A stretch of 18,620 bases of DNA from Promethearchaeota archaeon (GTDB lineage Archaea > Asgardarchaeota > Lokiarchaeia > Sigyniarchaeales > SOKP01): contig JAFGGO010000113.1 of assembly GCA_016930515.1 (NCBI GenBank), forward strand, positions 1 through 18,620, in the 5' to 3' direction. Of this stretch, positions 14,577 through 18,620 are shown one piece after another; positions within the stretch are counted from its first letter, which is position 1, and the number at the start of each line of letters is the position of its first letter. The position numbers and the translations under genes are program-made. Below the pieces are notes generated by a model. The model made no database searches, had not been told where the DNA came from, and saw only the letters and a program-made list of their open reading frames with translations.

Positions 14577-16106
14577 TTAATGTTGGATTTTCGTCCCACA
14601 ATACTTGCAGAAATTATCGTTGGGCGTTATTTTACTGCCACAAGCTGAACATTTCTTTGAATCTGCAGGTGTGACCGTTTCGGGAGCTTTAACTGCCCTA
14701 CCAACTAGCTTACCACCGCAATATACGCAAAAGCGACTCTTCATGTCGTTTTCTGAACCGCAACGCGCACAAATTTGTATCTTTTTGATGGTTGCTTCGG
14801 GTGATACCGCTTCAGTCTTCTTTGGCTCCACTTTTGATTTTTCTGTTTTCTCGGTTTGGGTGGATTTAACCTTTGCGTCTTCTTTAGCTTTAAGGCGTTT
14901 CTGACCCCTTCTAGCGATAACTGCTGCTACAACGATTAATGCCACGATCCCCATAATCACCAGTAAAATGGGAATTGCGCTCACCCATCTTTCTGCTGCC
15001 GTATGTCCAGTTTTATAGGTAACATCAAATGTAATGTCAGTGTAATATTCGGGGGAAAAATTTGGATCGAAATAGATATAAAAGTACCAATTTCCCGATC
15101 TTGGAACCAGGTAAGAGCCGGTTAATGGAACTCCTGGGTTGATGTCATCGTGATAATCTGCCAAGTTTAGATTATAAACGCTGTTCGAAGTATAGCTCAC
15201 AGTAAAGTCCACTTCGTATGTACTTGATGTGGTTCCATTGTTCACCCAAACAACATAATAGTCACCTGGGTGATTTACGGTTTCAGTTCCCGATTCGCTA
15301 AGAGTATTTTGTTCTAAAACCAAAGCATCGGTCTCGTCGATAGAATATCCGTTGGCTAATAAATACATGACTGCCTCGTCAACAACATAAAAATCAAGCG
15401 TTCCAGTAGAGATAAAGTTGTAAGAGATTTGCGCACCATCATCTAAATATACAAAATAATATTCGTAATAACCTGGTGCCACTTGCATGTCCGTCTCTGA
15501 ATAACTATCAGATCCTGTAGGGGAGTAAAACGAATCAAAAGAACTATCAGATATTGCAAATCTAAGCGAAGCGACACTGGTCTGAATGCTAAAATCAATC
15601 ATACCTCCCGCTTCAATGTATTCGTATTCGTACCAATACTCGTTGTAATACAAATATTCCGTGGATCGATAGTTAATATTACCGTTTACATCTGCGTCAC
15701 TAAAAGGATACCAGAAGCTCACGCCCATTAGGGGCAATATTACGAGGAAAGAAAGAATCACTAAAGCCACACCGCCACCCACATAAGACGGCGAATAATA
15801 CCAAGGACGATACCACCAACCGCTCCAATAGGGAGAATACCAAAACCTCCGATACCACGGTCCATAATAATAATACCTGCGATGAGGCCTGTAATACCTG
15901 TGAGAATATGCTCCCCGGCTACCAGACACGGTGCGTGTTGCGCCGGTTCTACCAAAAGGTCTACCTCCTGAACTATAGCCTCTGCTGTAACTCCTACTAT
16001 ATCCGCCTCCAAAGCCTCCTCCCCTACCGCTGAAGCCTCCTCCAAATGATCCACCTCCCCTGAAGCCACCGCCACCTCCAAATCCTCCGCCACCACCTCT
16101 GGGCAT
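14577..16106 (-). CDS. Two-TM membrane protein: RGG/Gly-rich and Tyr/Trp-rich N-terminus, beta-rich ectodomain, C-terminal double zinc ribbon
   Basis: MPRGGGGGFGGGGGFRGG…; YYYYGPWYRRFWYSPYWSGWWY; TM1 VALVILSFLVILPLMGVSFW; acidic Tyr-rich ectodomain; TM2 AIPILLVIMGIVALIVVAAVIA followed by RRGQKR; CARCG…FCVYCG and CSACG…FCKYCG. Confidence 0.85.
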   Translation of the reverse strand: MPRGGGGGFGGGGGFRGGGSFGGGFSGRGGGFGGGYSRSYSRGYSSGGRPFGRTGATRTVSGSRGAYSHRYYRPHRRYYYYGPWYRRFWYSPYWSGWWYRPWYYSPSYVGGGVALVILSFLVILPLMGVSFWYPFSDADVNGNINYRSTEYLYYNEYWYEYEYIEAGGMIDFSIQTSVASLRFAISDSSFDSFYSPTGSDSYSETDMQVAPGYYEYYFVYLDDGAQISYNFISTGTLDFYVVDEAVMYLLANGYSIDETDALVLEQNTLSESGTETVNHPGDYYVVWVNNGTTSSTYEVDFTVSYTSNSVYNLNLADYHDDINPGVPLTGSYLVPRSGNWYFYIYFDPNFSPEYYTDITFDVTYKTGHTAAERWVSAIPILLVIMGIVALIVVAAVIARRGQKRLKAKEDAKVKSTQTEKTEKSKVEPKKTEAVSPEATIKKIQICARCGSENDMKSRFCVYCGGKLVGRAVKAPETVTPADSKKCSACGSKITPNDNFCKYCGTKIQH

Positions 16107-16108
16107 GT

Positions 16109-17119
16109 TTACGCACCTCCCTTTGTATTGTTTGAAATTCCCTTTTGGACGAAAATATAATCTCGAAAGATTGCCAACAAGAATAACACCATAGAAAAGA
16201 TAGATAGTATCAAGCCGACAACATCAATCTGTGGACCGGTGATATAACTTGCAGCGGTCGTTAAAGCAATTGAATACGATATCCATTGGATGATCATCAA
16301 AATTATCGGGATTAATGGTATGATGTATCGCAAAATTTTTCCTGTTTTAGGTTTTTTAGTATCCATAAATGCCGTGTATATAAGCGAAAACAGACCGATA
16401 AGTGCAAAAATTAAAACGAAGATGTTAAAAATGCTAATTCCAATCCACGTAGCAGATACGCTTTGATTAAAATGAAAATAATCTAAATTGAAATCGATAC
16501 CTTTTACTTCGAAAGGAAAGAAGGTGTAATCTCCTCCGCTCAATCCAACCGCACCAATGTAATTTAAAAAATCAACTTGGTTCAAAGAGAAAAATCCATA
16601 TACTTCAGCAATCGGTAATATAATTCCAAATACTAAAGCCATGATCGCACACACGCTAGAAAACCAAAATTCCACGATTTTAGTATTTTCAACAGGAATC
16701 AAACCAATCTCGTCAGGAATTTGGTCTGGGATGTAACCCCAGCAATCCTGAATCGTGGCTACTCCGACGAGCATTTCTTTATCAACCACGGGGACCACGG
16801 ACACACCTAACTCTTGTAATTGCTTGTAAACTTGCTCAACAGGCGTCTCAAGTCCAACGGGTGTGATTACATACATCTTTGATTTAACATTTGTTGTTTT
16901 CGGATTTTCTCCCTCAGCAACCACATTCTGTACGATGTCAAAATCTGCTATCATTCCAAGTACTTTACCAGAACCTTTTTCCAATACGACTAAATCGGGG
17001 ATTCCGATTTTTTTCATCTCCTTTGCAGCGTCTTCGATCGTAGCATCTGAATCTATGGTTCCATATTCGTCGTCAATAACGAGATCTTTTACTTGATATT
17101 GTTTTTTATGCAAACCCAT
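16109..17119 (-). CDS. CBS-pair (Bateman module) protein with four C-terminal TM helices
   Basis: CBS1 VKDLV…TIDSDATIEDAAKEMKKIGIPDLVV…VLGMIADFDIV; CBS2 VKSKM…ETPVEQVYKQL…VPVVD…LVGVATIQD. Then TM1, a ~55-aa loop, and TM2-TM4. Confidence 0.88.
   Translation of the reverse strand: MGLHKKQYQVKDLVIDDEYGTIDSDATIEDAAKEMKKIGIPDLVVLEKGSGKVLGMIADFDIVQNVVAEGENPKTTNVKSKMYVITPVGLETPVEQVYKQLQELGVSVVPVVDKEMLVGVATIQDCWGYIPDQIPDEIGLIPVENTKIVEFWFSSVCAIMALVFGIILPIAEVYGFFSLNQVDFLNYIGAVGLSGGDYTFFPFEVKGIDFNLDYFHFNQSVSATWIGISIFNIFVLIFALIGLFSLIYTAFMDTKKPKTGKILRYIIPLIPIILMIIQWISYSIALTTAASYITGPQIDVVGLILSIFSMVLFLLAIFRDYIFVQKGISNNTKGGA
16114..16120 (-). promoter_or_regulatory. Shine-Dalgarno GGAGGTG for the RGG/DZR membrane protein, embedded in the last codons of the CBS gene
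   Basis: Minus strand reads GGAGGTG-CGTAAAC-ATG (7-nt spacing). The upstream stop TAA lies 2 nt before the ATG. Confidence 0.7.
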
Positions 17120-17319
17120 GATAAATCATTTTTTTTATTAAATTTATAGAATGAACTACGAATAAACATTCACCCTCCTATTTAAGGTGATGTGGTAAAT
17201 TTTTGAAAAAAGAGATTTTAATAGAAAACAAAACTTATTTTAGAGAAGGATATATATAATTGAGAGGTGGATCATTAACTGAGATTCTGTTTTTCGAAAA
17301 TGCGTTGCGTGTGATAGTT

Positions 17320-17652
17320 TTATAACTTTAATAGTACTACTTTATGTTTTAACTTACTTATTTTTCTAACCCCATGAAGACCAGAGCTATAATCACAAGT
17401 TATGAGCGAAGAACTTTCTAATTTCTTTATTTGTGCAGATATATTCGCTTCAGTCATGTTAAGAGCACTAGCAATAGCACTTACATCTTTGGGTTCGTCC
17501 CGAATGAAGTTTAATATGTCACGACGGGTTTTACTCGAAAGTGCTTTGGCAATCTCTTCAATAAGCGAGTCATTATCAATCACCGTAACTACATCTTCTT
17601 CTTCGTTTTTAAGTTCGATTTCCAATAAACCAGAAGATTCAGTTATTTCCAT
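17320..17652 (-). CDS. ArsR/HTH_20-family winged-helix transcriptional regulator
   Basis: IAKALSSKTRRDIL…DVSAIASALNMTEANISAQIKKLESSSLI…G.RK winged-HTH pattern. Confidence 0.88.
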   Translation of the reverse strand: MEITESSGLLEIELKNEEEDVVTVIDNDSLIEEIAKALSSKTRRDILNFIRDEPKDVSAIASALNMTEANISAQIKKLESSSLITCDYSSGLHGVRKISKLKHKVVLLKL

Positions 17653-18620
17653 TTTTTTACCATCTAAAATTTTAATCTGTTTTATAAACCTGTCATAGGT
17701 AAAACATTTAAATGCGATATGATATTTACAATATCGTCGATTTTTTGTACTTTATCCTACGATCTTATAAAGTTTATTCACGTTTTTAAAGTTTTATTGG
17801 GTATTTTTATGTCATCGATTGTAATAATATCCATCAATTGATTACAAAAAAGACATTTGAACACGATTGATTATATTCGAGTCTTTTGTATTAATAAGCG
17901 TTTTTTCGTATAACTAATTATTTGAGTAAATTAAAATCGTTTAAAATTGCCCTTGAATAATTTAATTCTCCAATATTTAAATAATAATTATTAGATAACC
18001 CTTTTCCCCATGCTGAATGGGAATATAATTAAAATAGTTCCAAAAATCTACAATAATAAGAATTATTTTTTGTATAAACAATTATTTAATTATATAGGTT
18101 ATTAATAGATATAATACTTAGAAATTAATTACAAATACCAAATCGTGAAAAATATTATCACAAATAAGCCAATTTGTTTAATCCTTGACCCGTACTATTT
18201 ATTGAATCTATAATATTAGAATTATTAACGACTTGATATTATTACTTCAAAAAAAATCTTATTAATTAATTTATTTTTAATAAATTCGCTTATTTTTAAG
18301 AAGAGAGATACAAATTAACAAATCTCATAAATCAAATAGTTTTAAAAGACATTAGGAGATCTTTGGAGCATTAGATTCTTTATAGATATTAGAGGAAGGG
18401 CTTTATTAACTTAATAAGCAACATCGTTAATTATTATTCATTTTTATGGTCTATTTCAATAACCTAACATTTAGAATTAATTTTAAAGGCAATTATAATC
18501 TGGATGTTAATTTTAATGACTCTAAGCAAATATTTATGCTGGAATTATTATATTTTTTTTCAAAAATTTAAGATGAATAATTCAAATAGAATAATTTGAT
18601 CACAAATGACGACTATCGAC
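17653..18620. other. Long, very AT-rich non-coding region
   Basis: No credible ORF of 60 aa or more over ~970 bp. Confidence 0.6.

Noticed and set aside
16000-16100. Repetitive CCTCC/CCACC/GAAGCC sequence as a DNA repeat array
   Set aside because: Explained by Gly/Phe/Arg codons of the RGG region; no repeat-spacer structure.
17089-17169. 26-codon uORF (MFIRSSFYKF…) on the minus strand overlapping the CBS gene start out of frame
   Set aside because: The SD-like sequence abuts the ATG with no spacing, and the peptide looks like translated AT-rich non-coding DNA.
312-17698. Short antisense or alternate-frame ORFs in the track (312-515, 743-937, 1667-1885, 3533-3718, 4260-4733, 5161-5421, 9073-9285, 9282-9515, 10261-10581, 10921-11187, 11162-11452, 11468-11677, 11864-12070, 12378-12596, 14605-14904, 15761-16096, 16863-17096, 17402-17698)
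   Set aside because: All overlap well-supported genes and have no recognisable motifs; they are best explained as shadow ORFs.
17653-18620. Replication origin call
   Set aside because: No repeated ORB/mini-ORB motifs with G-strings and no orc1/cdc6 in the window.
1-18620. tRNA, rRNA, CRISPR array, IS/transposase, selenoprotein UGA readthrough
   Set aside because: No cloverleaf, repeat-spacer periodicity, transposase ORF or terminal inverted repeats were seen. No identified gene is interrupted by an in-frame TGA at a Cys-equivalent position.

Overview
AT-rich archaeal chromosomal segment, very probably from an Asgard archaeon of the Lokiarchaeia/Promethearchaeia type. This is inferred from the gene content: roadblock, V4R, two domain-fused small GTPases, C4HC3 RING fingers, archaeal CdhA/MtrH, and a protein with the 'EFWGHCSNLQAW..YDTRLLH' domain I associate with Lokiarchaeia. 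There are 15 complete CDSs and possibly one truncated CDS at the left edge. Eukaryote-signature-like signalling genes (roadblock, REC, longin-like+Arf-like GTPase, V4R, HhH+Rag-like GTPase+roadblock, vWA+2xRING, TPR/SNAP-like) are interleaved with C1-metabolism genes (orphan cdhA, a 70-aa CooJ-motif Ni-chaperone candidate, a divergent MtrH-like protein, a B12 radical SAM enzyme). The right part holds a helical-repeat protein, then a translationally coupled pair of membrane genes (CBS-pair + 4TM; RGG + Tyr/Trp-rich + TM + ectodomain + TM + double zinc ribbon) downstream of an ArsR-type HTH gene, then ~970 bp of very AT-rich non-coding DNA. Strongest leads: the Rag-like GTPase with an N-terminal HhH module, the vWA-RING-RING protein, the CooJ-motif protein beside cdhA, the membrane-tethered RGG/DZR module, and a hidden frameshifted C-terminal extension of the radical SAM gene. 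No tRNA, rRNA, CRISPR array or mobile element was seen. All family assignments are by eye from motifs, not from database searches.
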